Shown one piece after another: positions 40,985 to 58,129 of a DNA stretch of 64,000 bases. The stretch's first letter is position 1; each line of letters starts with the position of its first letter. Below the pieces are notes generated by a model, which was not told where the DNA came from, searched no databases, and saw only the letters and a list, made by a program, of their open reading frames with translations. Position numbers and translations under genes: made by a program. This DNA is from the human T2T-CHM13v2.0 reference genome, Homo sapiens, in the NCBI RefSeq assembly GCF_009914755.1, contig NC_060933.1. The stretch is one strand, 5' to 3'.

Positions 40985-41220
40985 AATACTATTTTGATAA
41001 CATCTAGCACCTACGATGTGGCTGATATTGTGATAGGAATTTTTAAGTGCATCATCCTAATCAAATTCCAGTCTTCGTTGAGTTTGTTATAATCCTTCTC
41101 ATTTTACAGATGGGTAGACTGACTTCCAGAAAGTTTAAGCAACTTGAGTGTGATCTTGAGCTTGCAGGTAGCAGTCTTGGGATTTGGATAGACTTTAGAT
41201 TAAAAGCATCAGAAGGACAG
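40985..41220 (-). mobile_element. MIR
   Basis: cattttacagatgggtagactga..gtttaagcaacttg. Confidence 0.65.
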
Positions 41221-42699
41221 GAAGAGGCCAATTACTGTACTTCCTTAGACAACTTGGCTGTGTAGCACTGATAGATTTTGTTCATGTTAAACATAGTAAC
41301 AATTCCATCACTGACTTTTTGTTTCAGTTGTATACTAGGAAAAAAAAAATCAAATGGCATAGGCAGAAATATTTCCTTCTAAGAAACAGTAGGAGGAATC
41401 TGATTGATTTGGACTAAGGGATCCTGACAACTCAACAGTAGCCACTGAAATTGCCTTTCTGACTGAAGTGTTTAAGCCTGGCCTAGAGCGCTGCAGTCAG
41501 CTTGCACCTGCTGCATGAATCCTTTGCTATGCTTCAGAATCAATGCAAGTCTTTGAGGTATATTATGACTCTGTTATGTATTTATTATGTTCATGAATAT
41601 CAAAGGAGTGGAGGACAAGTCTGGAGGCTTCAGACAAACTACAGATAAGCTCTGGGACCATCTAATTGCATTTTTAAAAGTGGTATTTTATGTGTATTCT
41701 TTATAAAACTTTTTTTTTTTCTAAATTTCTAGGAGGCTATTTGTTCCTTACCCTGAAGTTAACAACTGGGAAGTTTTTTGTCTCTTAAAATTCAATTGAT
41801 TTTTAGGTTTGTATTCCTTTCTAACGTCCTCAGTTGCTTTCCAAGCAAGATATTTGTACTTAGGACTTATCTAACTTTGACAAAGATTTGCCCAGAGTCT
41901 GAGACCAAGTGGGAACTAATTTAGCCCCAGAAGGAGGACTTCATTTTGACTGAATGGTAAGTGATAGAAAATGGGGTTGTTGCAGAAGTCTTACAGACTT
42001 AACTTTAGCAGCTGTTAAGTATTGCAATAGATTTAAAATATTTTTGCTTTTAAAAGTAATTAAGTAAAAGATACATAAATAATTCTAAGTAATGTTGTAT
42101 CAGTAGGTATGTGTATACATTGTAATTTGTCTGAAGTGAAAAATAAGCCGAGTGGGTTACCAAACCACTAGAATACTTCCAGTGTTACAGTATTTCATCT
42201 TTCTTTCCTCATTTTCTGCTTCACCATCCCAGGTTTCTACTTCTCAATATATTAGTCATGAAAATATAGAAATATAGGGAAGGAGAGTATAGAAAAGGCA
42301 GAAATATCTCTTAAACAAAGCAAAAGTTTACTTTTTTAACAAGGAAAACTATCAAATCATCACTGGGTAATCAATTCATTTGGAGATTCAAAGATGTAAT
42401 CTCAACATCATGTAGCAGGAGAGGTTGACCTCTGTTTTTAATAATGTATCTTTTAACAAACATACAGTAAATGTACTGTCTCTGGAAGGACTAATGTACA
42501 TAAAAGTATTGTCTAACAAGCTTAAAAATAGAAAAATATTTTGAGTGGGTTGTTTTCACGTCTCTTCTGCAGGACAGATAGAAAACAAGGAGACTTCTAG
42601 AGTATTTTTGATATGACAATGAAATTGTCTTACATGTTCTTAAGGGTGGAGAAAAAAATTGGAACAAAGAACATTAGGACACATAACTTTGTTTACAAT

Positions 42700-42990
42700 A
42701 ATCTGTTCAGTTTCAAACCCTCTTCCAGTTAATAACTACCCTAGCACACAAAGATACCACTAACCAAGGGTAGCTACTATCCTGACAATTCCATCATCAT
42801 GTATTAGTTTCACTTACTTTGGAAATGTATACACATGGAATCACACAGCATGTATCAACTCTTTTGTGTCTGCTTCCATGAGATTCATCCATGTCATCAT
42901 ATTTTTAGTACATTCTCATGTACTTGTAATATTTATTGTGTGCCTATACTATACAGTATTAATTTTACTGTTGAAAGATATTTGGTTTCT
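42700..42990 (-). mobile_element. L1ME-type 3' fragment
   Basis: atggaatcacacagcatgta..cttttgtgtctg..tgagattcatccatgt. Confidence 0.6.
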
Positions 42991-43637
42991 AGGGCCATCC
43001 CTAGGATATGTGGAATCCTGAGAAAACTTTTTTTTGTTATTTGTATTTTGGCAGGGTCCCTGTTTGTACAAACAATTTGATTGAAATATATTATTAAAAT
43101 GTATAGACCCATACCAATATAGAAATGTATCAATAACCATTTAGAGTAGTAAGTAGAAAAGAAGTGCTTATCTATTTGTTTACTATCCAATCAGTAGTCA
43201 TAGAGATTCTTCATAATGTCCAGGTATCTTTCTGTTCAGGTCGAGGAAACAACTCTTTATTGTCAAAAGCCCTGCTCCTGGCTAATTTCCTTGTTTCTGC
43301 TCCTAGGACAAGGTAACAACACTGTTATTATTCACCATGCCATCATTCTGCACAGGCTATTGGTATTGAAACAATATAGATCATCTTACCTTTGCATTTC
43401 CCTAATACTTTTTATTGCATGCTCATTATGCATGATATAGCATCATCTGTTGAACATCTGTGAATAATGGCTCCTAATGACTCTCTCAAAGGTTGTGACT
43501 TTACTTCATTGAGTATGGCCACATAGACCAGTCTTAGCCATAGTATGCAGGAAAATGCCAACAATAATTTATTTTCTATTCATGCTAAATTTACTATTCA
43601 GAATTTTGTTGAATAAAAATATAACAATGCATCTTCT

Positions 43638-47503
<3,866 letters not shown>

Positions 47504-48409
47504 AATGCATCTTCTAACGATGTCTGCTCTTGAACTATTTTGACTATAATCACTGCAATAGTAAAACCTGATACGTTTCAGTGTTGATAATACCCTTGCC
47601 TTCCATCTCTCACCAGTAGAAATGATAGGCCAGTATCCATCAGGAGAACAAGAGGTGGCTCCACTCCCACAAGGAAAGTCCCTGCCTTGGTCAGCAAAGC
47701 TTAAAGCCATCCCCAGGGAGCATTATGTTGCTCCATCTCTCAGAAGCAGCAAAAAGCATAGCTCAAGAGGACCCACTGGCATTGCAGAGCATCAATGTGG
47801 AGGAGATAGGAATGGCCAGCCCCAAAGAACTGGCTAACATGGGAGGTACAGTCTGTGGAGAGGGTGAGGGATTGCACTGGGTGCTCATGCAGAATATTTG
47901 CTGCCAACTCCACCGTTCTTAGGTACTATAGACTGGAGGTGGCACTAAGATAAGAACATGGATGTATGAGAGTGGGTGTAAAGGCCTACAAAGGTAGCTC
48001 AACTTCAAGGGTTGGCAGTAATTTTTTACTAACCTAGCTCCCTGTGTCTATCTTGTGTCACCTAAAATCAGTGTATTAGCACCATTCTGGTGACTTAATC
48101 TTATATAATACTGTGCAAAAAAACATTTTACCAGGTAAGGTGACATAGACCTTCTTGGGGTATCTGGTTGATCCTCACGAGTGTTGTAGAGGGTTGGAAA
48201 GCACCCAGAAGGAGGGAAACAGGAAGCAGAACCCGTGTAAGTCCCAGTCTTGGCTCAGGTGCCCCACACTGGTGACATGGCCACTGCCAGTTGATCCCAC
48301 TTATGGAAAGGTGATAGAAAATTACAAGGGAGATGCTTTATAGCATGGGGTTTTTGAGGCATTGCTAGGTAAAGCCCTATTTGCTAGAGTCTAAGGCCAG
48401 TACTGTTGG

Positions 48410-50340
48410 GTTGTCTTTAGTTTTGTCTGTTATGAGTAATGCTACTATTAACATTCTTTTGGTGCACATGTGATCTGATTCCTGTTGGCCTTATACCTAG
48501 GTTAGAGTTACTTGATTAGACATAAATGTACATGTTCACATGTAGTAGATGCTGGCAGTTATCTGGGGGTTTGTATCAAGTCATTCTCAGTAACATGAGA
48601 GTACTAATTCTCCACATCTTTGTCAACATTTGGTGAGGTCATGATCGTTATTTAAAAAAATAGCTCTTCTGATAGATTTAGTGGTACTTAATTGTGGGTT
48701 TCATTCACTTTTTCCTGGTGAATAACGATGTAGAATACATTTTCATTTGCTTGTCATCTTGATACCCTCGTTGATGAAGTACATGTTCAAGTCATTTTTC
48801 AATTTCTGAGCCTACTCAATACACTTTTTTCCAATAGAAAAAGTAAGTCTTTTTCTAACTGATTTGTAGAAATCTTTTCCTTATTGGTTTGTAGAGATTC
48901 TCAGGATATATTCTTTGTCTAGACTTTTGTTTGTATTGCACATATCTATAACTTGTGCACGGCTTCCTTTTTCATTCTCTTAATGATGTCTTTGAGTCAC
49001 AAAACTTTTCAATTTCAATGAAATCTAATTTATCAACATTTTCCTTTATTGTTAGTACTTTTTACTACTTGAATAATCTTTGTTTAACCCAAGGGTATGC
49101 ATATATTCTGTTTTGTTTTGTTCTAGATGTTTTATTATTTTAATTATTTTTGTTGTTTCAGCATCCTTTACTGAAAAAAAATATTCTTTCCCTGGCAGCA
49201 TTATTTTGGCATATGTATAGAAACGCAAGTGATTGTATAAGTGTAAGTGTGATTCTAGAATCTCTTTTTTGTTACAATAGACCTTTTTTTAAAAAAAACA
49301 AAAAACAAACAACAAAACCTTATGCCAGTACCATAATGTTTTACTTACTATAGCTACATAAGAAGTCTTAATTCTTAGGAGTGTATGCCCTCCAAATTTA
49401 TTTTTTTCTTAAATATTTCTTCACTACTCTTGGCCTTTCTGATGTCCTTTATAACCGTGTACATCACCAGGATTTCATCTGGGATAAAATTCCTTCTGTC
49501 TAAATAGCTTCTGTTAGTTTTTGTTTACTGCATGTACTCTGGCTGTTTTATTCAGGCTATTCTCAGATTTATCTCTCTAAAAATATCTTTATGTTGCCAT
49601 CATTTATGAAGGATATTTTTGTTAGATATTGAATTCTAGATTGGCAATATTTTAAAAAATAGTTTCAAATTTTTTTTCAAAAATTTGGTTTTGTTTTGTT
49701 TTTTGCTCTCATCATTTCTGAAGAAAAGTTAGCTCTTGGTTTTATTATTTGTCATTTGAAGATAATCTTATTTTTTTCCATTTTATTTTCACTTCTAGAT
49801 GCTTTTCTAAACAAAATTTTTATTTTAGAGGGTTTTTAGATTTACAAAATTATTGAAAACGTATACAGATAATTTCTATATATCCTGCACCAAGTTTCAC
49901 TTACTATGAACATTTTATATTAGTATGGCACATAGCTTACAATTTGTGAACCTATATTGATACATTACTATTAACTGAAATCCACATTTTATGTAGATTT
50001 GCTTATTAAATCCATCTTTTGAATCTTAATCTTAGTTATTATTGTTCAGTTCTAGAACATGTATTTGATTCCTTTTATTGGTTCTCATTCTCAGGTGAAT
50101 TTACCACCTTACATGCATTTTCTTGATATTTTAATGATCATTAATTTTAAGTCTCTGTCTCATATCTTCGGTCTGTGTTACCCATTGCTCCGTTTCTATT
50201 TTTTGTTTGTTTGTTTTTGATCATATGATCTTCAGTCTCAGTATGTCTTTTGATTGCATACTGGACATTGTATCTGAATACTTAGATGATGTTATCTTTA
50301 TCCAAAAAAGGATTACATTTTATCTCACAGACAGAGCACG
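48410..50340 (-). mobile_element. Old L1M (MC/ME-type) fragments
   Basis: T-rich antisense L1 ORF2/ORF1/3'UTR motifs. Confidence 0.65.
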
Positions 50341-50392
50341 GGCCAATTATCTTACAAGAGTCAAATCCTGGTAACAGCCTTTGTTAGGGCAG

Positions 50393-50561
50393 TCTTTCCT
50401 TCCCTTCCCCTCTCTTCCCCTCCCTTCCCCTCCCCTTCCCTCCCTTCCCCTCCCTTCCCTTCCCCTCCCCTCCCCTCCCCTCCCTTCCCCTCCCTTCCCC
50501 TCCCTTCCCCTCTCTTCCCCTCCTTTCCCCTCCCTTCCCTTTTTTCTTTCCTTTCTTTCTT
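50393..50561. repeat. Pure polypyrimidine tract of (CCCCT)/(CCCTT) units, continuous with the Alu tail
   Basis: Read directly. Confidence 0.95.
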
Positions 50562-50864
50562 TTTCTTTCTTTTTTTTTTTTTTTGAGACAGGCTCTGGCT
50601 CTGTCACCCAGGCTGGAGTGCAGTGATGTGACCTTGGCTGACTGCAACCTCTGCCTCCCAGGCTCAAGCCATCCTCCCACCTCAGCCTCCTGAGTAGCTG
50701 GGACTACAGGTGCACACCACCACACTCAGCTATTTTTTGCATTTTTTGTAAAGGTGGGTCTCACTTTGTTACCCAGGCTGGTCTTAACTCCTGAGCTCAA
50801 GCTATCTGCTTGTTGTGGCCTCCCAAAATGTTGGGATTAGAAGTGTGGATAACTGTGCCCAGCC
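50562..50864 (-). mobile_element. AluJ
   Basis: caggctcaagccatcctcccacctcagcc J-type diagnostics. Confidence 0.93.
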
Positions 50865-52053
50865 TGTCCTTATTTTTATTGGGTAGCCCTTTAAGAACTG
50901 GTTTAAAATCCTGCATTGTTTACTAGAAACCTTCACCTTGGCAGACCCTGACGTCATCTCGTCTTCCTAGCACCACAAGACTTGACATATCTGGTCAGCT
51001 TTTCAGATTTCTAGTCTTCCTTTCTACTTGTGTTCTTGGTGTCTTGCATATGCAGCTTAAGTGTCAGCTAATGTCTCGTGGGACCATTTTACATACAATT
51101 TCTAACTTACTTCTATGTAGTTCCTTTCTCTCTGAGATCTTGGCCCTGCAAGCCTTGGCATCTCCAAACTGTAACTTCCGCCTCCCCAACCTAGTTAAAC
51201 TGCCTCCAGATCCCAGTACTGCTTTCTGCCTCTGTTCCTTATGCTGCAAATTGGCAAATGCTCCAGGGAAAAAGCAGAGGTAAATTAAAGTTTAACCACA
51301 GTGAGCTTACTTTCTGTCTGTGATATTGATCTTTTAAGTTCTATACTCTTTGTTTGATTTGATATCTTCAAGCAGGTTTTTTTGTATCTATTCAAAATAA
51401 AATCAGCTTTTATTGTTGATCTTAGAGGGAAGGTTAATCTGATGCATGATTGCCAATCATACTACAGGTGCAATGAAGTCATAATTATTCTTAAACTAAT
51501 ATTTTGACTATTCCATGTCTGGAAGTTTATTGGTCTTAGTCGGTATCTAGTCTCAACTTGTTTCCATCTTTTGCCTCCGCCTTTCCTTCTCTTTTCTATT
51601 TTTTGTATTTTGTCATTTTTCTCATCCTTTGGCAATAACAAACTTCTCTGCTTGCCTTATGAGGAGTACTGTTGCTCTTTTTTTTGAAGCTTTGAACTCT
51701 GTTGTCATCCTAACTGGCAGGATCTGCTTAACACTCCAAGCTCTTAATTTTCCAAGTGCAGACAGTTCCCTTTTTAAGAGAAATTCTAATCTAGTTGCTA
51801 AGAAAAATTTCTCCCACTACTTGAATCCAATTTCTATAAGTGTATATATCAGTTTTTATATACATAATGCGTAATTCCAAAGAGAAATTGAAGTAGCTTC
51901 ACAGAAGGAAGTCGAAGTTTTTAACCAAAGTGTATTTTTGTATTTATCTTGCTGTCAATTTGAAGAGTAATATTTTATATATTCCAGTATGTTTTAAGAT
52001 CTTAAAAAATGTTTAAAACTTTAAAGTTTCCTTGAAGCTTCTTAAAATCTAAG

Positions 52054-52415
52054 GATATACTCATTGACTTATGATGGGGTTATGCTCTGATAAACTCATT
52101 ATAAGTTGAAAATATTGTAAATAAAATGCATTTAATATATCTCACCTACCACACATGATATTTTAGTCTAGTCTACCTTAAATGTGCTCAGAACACTTAT
52201 TAGCTTACAGTGGAACAAAATCATCTAACATAAATCCTATTTTTATAATGAAGTGTTGAATATTTCATGGAGTTCATTTAATACTGTACTGTAAGTGAAA
52301 AACAGAATGATTGTACGGCTATTTGAAGTACAGTTCCTACCGAATGTATGTCACTGTTACACCATCAAAAAGTTGAAAAATTGTAAGTTGAATCATTGAA
52401 TGTGAGGACCATCTA
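52054..52415 (+). mobile_element. MER47A
   Basis: gacttatgatggggtta..taccttaaatgtgctcagaacactta..gaggaccatcta; about 360 bp. Confidence 0.88.
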
Positions 52416-52420
52416 CAGAC

Positions 52421-52815
52421 CTATTATCTATCTGTCTATCTATCTATCTAGGTAGCTATCTATCTATCTGTCTATCTAACTATGTCTACATGTGTGGATA
52501 GGATGCCCTTTAAGTGTTACTATATATATACATATATATACATATATATATATATATACATACATATGTATATATATATATATATATGTATGTATATGTA
52601 TATATATATGTATATATATGTATGTATATATGTATATATGTATATATGTATATATATGTATATATGTATATATATGTATATATATGTATATATATACACA
52701 CACACACATATATATACACACACATATATATATACACACATATATATACACACATATATATACACATATTATATATACACATATATATATACACACACAT
52801 ATATATACATACATT
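52421..52815. repeat. (TCTA)n followed by a ~300-bp alternating purine-pyrimidine (TA/TG/CA) repeat
   Basis: Read directly; source of the Y/I/H-rich spurious ORFs. Confidence 0.95.
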
Positions 52816-52992
52816 CATGTAAGTATATAAATATGTTTTTTAATTTCAAAATTAAATTGCAAATGAAGCATTGATACTATGAATATTGCCCTCATAAGCC
52901 TAAAAATTCTTCCATTTTATTTCTTTTTGCCCAGTGCTCTGGATTCACTTTAAGAACTTATCATTTAAGCTGAATTTTAATGTATATATGCT

Positions 52993-53150
52993 GTTCACTC
53001 ATTCAGGAAATATTTATTGAGTGGTAAGTCAGTGCCAGACATTGTGCGAGGTGCTAAGCATACTGTGGTGAGCAAAATACAGCGGGTCCCTGTCCTCATG
53101 AAACCTACAGTTCTGTGGGAAGACTAGATATTAATAAAATGACATAAAAA
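52993..53150 (-). mobile_element. L2 3' end
   Basis: ttcactcattcaggaaatatttattgagtg..gtgccagacattgtg..gtccctgtcctcatg. Confidence 0.8.
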
Positions 53151-53921
53151 TACAAACTATTTAAAAGTAAATGGGCAGCCTCTATAAAAGCATGTATTCA
53201 GGGAACCAATATTGGCCAGGCATTGCTAAATGAAACCTCCATGTTGTGTTATTAAAATTTTATCAAAGATTATGCATATTGTCTGTCATTTCCCTGAATA
53301 ATCAGCAAGGTAAATGATTTTCAGTCACAGCCGAATAAAAGATTTGTTTCAAATGTGGTACAGAATTTCTAATCACCACAAGACCATGACATTAATAAAA
53401 TTCCAGTGCATAGCAGTCATCCCACACACCTACGTATGGTATGGATAGGATGCCCTTTATTTTAAGTATTATTCTATTTAATGGCACATGTGGATAGTGT
53501 AGGGATAGAGAAAAAGAGAGTTATTTGTTATATAATACTAAGTAAATTTAGTTGTTCAGTGTACTATTGTAAAATTTCATTAATGCTCCAAGTTGGTGCT
53601 GATAGGTAGAAGGATGGATGTGCTAGTATTTATAGGACAGATCACACTTACTTCTAGTACTTGGGCATAAAGTTCACTATATGTGCAAAACTGATGAAGA
53701 TTGAATACCTCAGAAGAGAGTAGCAGCCAAACACATTTGTCACACAAATTGTTTCTAATTTTGTTCTTGTGGCCTTGCCAAGGGAACAATATAAACAAGG
53801 GAATGGAGGCATAAATGTGTATAGTATCCTTGGCAAATGACAAACACACAAAATACAGAGAAATGTAGAATGGGTTGGAAAAAATTGATTATACCCACAT
53901 CATACATTGAAGGATGTCTGA

Positions 53922-56900
53922 TGTTGGAGCAAAGGGAAAGCCCCCCCTTCTGCCCTCTGAAGGTTTGCTAAAATGAACAAACAACAGAGAGATTAGCAAG
54001 AGAAAAGGTACAAGTTTACTGTGCATAAGAACAGGAGCCACACAAAATATGAGTGCATTAGTCTGTTCTGATGCTGCTAATAAAGACATACCTGTGGCTG
54101 GGTAATTTATAAAGAAAAATATGTTTAATGGACTCACAGTTCCACATGGCTGGGGAGGCTTCACAATCATGGTGGAGGGCAATAGAGGAGCAAAGGCATG
54201 TCTTACATGGCAGGAGGCAAGAGAGCTTGTGTATGGGAACTCCTCTTTATAAAACCATCAGCTCTCATAAGACTTATTCACTATCATGAGAACAGCATGA
54301 GAAAGACCTGCCCCCATGATTCAATAACCTCCCACTGGGTCCCTCCTACAACATGTGGGATTTATAGGAGCTAAAATTCAAGATGAGATTTGGATGGGGA
54401 CACAGCTAAACCATATCATCCCATCTCTGGCCCCTCTCAAATCTCATGTACTCACATTTCAAAACCAATCGTGCCTTCCCAACAACCCTCAAAGTCTTAA
54501 CTCATTTCAGCATTAACTCACAGGCCCACAGCCCAAAGTATCACATAAGACAAGGCAATTCCCTTCTGCCTGTGAGTCTATAAAATCAAAAGCAAGTTAG
54601 TTACTTCCTAGGTACAATGGGGGTATGGGCATTGGGTAGATACAGCTGTTTCAAATCAGAGAAATTGGCCAAAATAAAGAGGCTAAAGACCCCATGCAAG
54701 TCTGAAATCCAGCAGGGCCATGAAATCTTAAAGCTCCAAAATGATCTCCCTGACTCCAGGTCTCACATTCAGGTCATCGCTGATGCAAGAGATGGGCTCC
54801 CATCACCTTGGGCAGCTTCCCCATGTGGCTTTGCAGGGTACAGCCCCTCTCCTGGCTTATTTCACGGGCTGGCATTGAGTGTCTGTGGCTTTTCCAGGTG
54901 CATGGTGCAAGCTGTCAGTAGATCTACCATTCTGGGGTCTGAAGGTTGGTGGCCCTCTTCTCACAGCTCCACTAGGCAGTGCTCCAGTGGGGACTCTGTG
55001 TGGGGGCTTTCATATTGCCTTAGCAGAGGTTCTCCATGAGGGATCCGCCCTGCAGCACACCTCTGCCTGGACATCCAGGTGTTTCCATCCATCCTCTGAA
55101 ATCTAGGCAGAGGTTCCTAAACCTCAATTCTTGACTTCTGTGCAGCTGCAGGCCCAGCACCACGTGTAAACCATCAAGGGTTGGGGCTTGTGCCCTCTGA
55201 AGCAATGGTCTGAGCTCTACATTGGACCCTTTTAGCCATGGCTAGGATGCAGGCTACCAAGTCCCAAGACTGCACAAAGCATCAAGGCTTTGGGCCAGGA
55301 CCACGAATCCATTACTTTTCTCCCAGGCTTCTAGGCTTGTGATGCGAGGGGCTGCTGTGAATACCTCTGACATACCTTAGAGACATTTTCCCCATTGTCT
55401 TTGTGATTAACATTTGGATCCTCATTACTTATGCCTATTTCTGCAGCTGGCTTGAATTCCTCATCAGAAAATGGGTTTTTCTTTTCTATCACATTGTCAG
55501 CCTGCAAATTTTCTGAACTTTTATGTTCTGCTTCTCTTCTAAATATAAGTTCCAATTCCAAACCATATCTTTGTGAATACATAAAACTGAATGCTTTTAA
55601 CAGTACCCAAGTCACTTCTTGAATGCTTTGCTGCTTATAAATTTTTTCCGCCAGGTGCCCTAAATCATCTTGCTCAAGTTCAAAGATCCACAAGTCTCTA
55701 GGGCAAGGGCAAAAGGCCACCAGTCCCTTTGCTAAAACTTAGCAAGAGTCACCTTTATTCCAGTTCCAAACAAGTTCCTCATCTCCATCTGAGATGAGCA
55801 GCATTTGGTCAAAGCCATTTGACAAATATCTAGGCAGTTCCAAATTTTCCCACTTCTTCCTGTCTTCTTCTGAGCCCTCCAAACTGTTCCAACCTCTGCC
55901 TGTTATCCATTTCCAAAGTTGCTTCCACATTTTCGGGTATCTTTACAGCAGCAACCCACTCTACCAGTACCAATTTACTGTGTTAGTCTGCTCTTACACT
56001 GCTAATAAAGACATACCTGAGACTGGGTAATTTATAAAGGAAAGAGGTTTAATTGACTTACAGTTCCACATGACGGAGGAGGCCTCACAATCATGGTGGA
56101 AGGCAAAGGAGGAGCAAAGGCACCTCTTACATGGCAACAGGCAAGAGAGGTTGTGTAGGGGGACTCCTCTTTATAAAATCATCAGATCTCATGAGACTCA
56201 TTCACTGTCATGAGAATAGCATGGGACAGACCCATGCCCGTGATTCAATTACCTCCCACCAGATCCCTCTCATGACACATGGGAATTATGGGAGCTACAA
56301 TTCAGGATGAGATTTGGGTAGGAACACAGCCAAACCATATCAGTGAGACTCAAAGAAAAGCCAGAGGGCTGAAGCTTAAATAGCACACTCTTTATTAAGG
56401 GAAACACACGTAGGGGAATATAGCCAATTTTGAGGAGTAGTAAATATTTTTGGGGGAATTGAACAGGCTCAAAGAACAAACAATTGTTTGCAAATAATTT
56501 TCTTTGGAAACTGAATGGGACTGAAAAGTTACAGAAATCTTACGGGGAGAACTGCACTGCGGACAAAAGCTGTCTCTTTATGTGCATAAGGACTCTTAGG
56601 AAAACTCTCAGAGTTGTCTTTAGAATAGATTATGTCTGTCTGGGCATGATGATGACTTTTAGCCTCATCCCTTCTCTTCTTTGATGGTTAACCATTCCTG
56701 GCTACTTAATCAGATTCCTAGTTGGGGAACTTTAAGACAATTGTATTACTTTTGGAAGAAGTTATCCTCAGTCAGATATGGTAGCTTCCTGAAGAAGCAC
56801 TTCCCAGGGCTTGTGAGTGGTGGGGAGAAGCAAGAGAAAGTTAGAAAGTCCTTGGTTCTGAGGCAGCCTCTAAGGTCTTCCAACTTTTTAAAATTCAAAA

Positions 56901-56955
56901 GTGCTCAGCATGCCAAAGCACTATACTTTGAGGTATTGTTCTCTGAGCCCTAACA
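53922..56955 (-). mobile_element. MER39-like (ERV1) solo LTR split by THE1C: 53922-54053 and 56343-56955
   Basis: Minus strand starts TGTTAGGGCTCAGAGAACAATACCTCAAAGTATAGTGCTTTGGCATGCTGAGCAC; 4-bp TSD ctga/ctgg. Confidence 0.8.
54054..56342 (-). mobile_element. Complete THE1C-like MaLR element: 3' LTR 54054-54418, internal 54419-55978, 5' LTR 55979-56342
   Basis: Two ~365-bp direct-repeat LTRs around ~1.56 kb of THE1-int; ORF 55331-55720 is a MaLR internal-ORF remnant; TSD atgag/gtgag. Confidence 0.95.
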
Positions 56956-58129
56956 CTGGCTAAGAATCGAATTGGTAGGGACTAAGGGAGCCACTGAAAT
57001 GTATATGTGAATGTGCATGTCAGAGAAAATATCTGTTATTTTGTAAGATTACTCTGTAAACCCTGAGAAAATGGATTGAAAATAGGACAGCTATGGACTG
57101 CAAAACTTGTTGAAATAGATCGTAGCAATCTGAGAAGGCATGATACTCAAGAATTCCAAAAATATCACCTTTGATTAAAGACCATCTCTTTGCTTTTTTC
57201 ACTCTTGGAAGAAGTTCAACAATTGAGGAATTTAATGAATCTGATAGATTTGAAAGATACAGATTAAAAAAACCTCACCTTTTGGATGATTGGTCTGTAT
57301 TTAATAATTTGGGGTTTTTAGGTGATTTCATAATACTTTAAGAATTTTATGGTCTGACTTTTCTTTTTGACTCCCTCAAACCATGCTGCTTCACAACTTA
57401 AGAATTAATGTAAATATATTAAGAAATCCCCATCTTTGTCAATTGCTACAGAACCCTGCACAGTTCTGATGTACACTATTTTAGAAACCGCCCTAATTAA
57501 AATGGAAACCCATTGTGTCAGTATGTCTGAAGGAGCTAGAGTAATGTGCATTTGAATGTTTGTTTGAATACAGCTTTTAGGCTATTGAAATTTGAGACTG
57601 AGGCCAAGCATAGCAGCGTGGGCCCAGTGAAAGACCAAAGCCAGGCATGAATATTTACTGACAGGCGGTTAAGCAAAACAGCCACTCTGCTGTTTGTCTT
57701 TTCACTGTCCTGAATATTTGCTTCTTATTAATCTTTTAGGACGTATTCTTCCTTTGCTGAATCCATTATTAAACATAGAACAGATACTGTGTTAGCATTG
57801 TTTGTTCTTGCTCAGGTTGACGGAGGAAAAATGTGTTAGATGTAGTTAAAAGAAGTTGTATTACTTTTTTAATTGTGTGAATTTACAAATAGAACAGGTT
57901 TCTAATAAGATAACCTATATTTCCAGTTGTTTTTAGGTGAGAAAAGTTTGTATCTTAACACTAGATTGTAAAAAATTGTTCTCACAAATTCTCTAAAGTC
58001 TCCCTCTGCTTTCTGGGAGTATCCATAGAATTTTAAAAGAAATTATAGAGCTCGGTGTTTGTGATATAAAAACTACACTGAATTTTATGTTTCATGGGCC
58101 AGCTAAGGATTGCTCTTCTAGGATGATTT

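Noticed and set aside
50347-50725. RG/GE-rich and Pro/Ser-rich ORFs
   Set aside because: Translation of the polypyrimidine tract plus Alu.
52476-52874. Six overlapping 81-130 aa ORFs
   Set aside because: Translation of a dinucleotide repeat.
54617-55720. 129-140 aa ORFs
   Set aside because: THE1 internal sequence; fragmentary.
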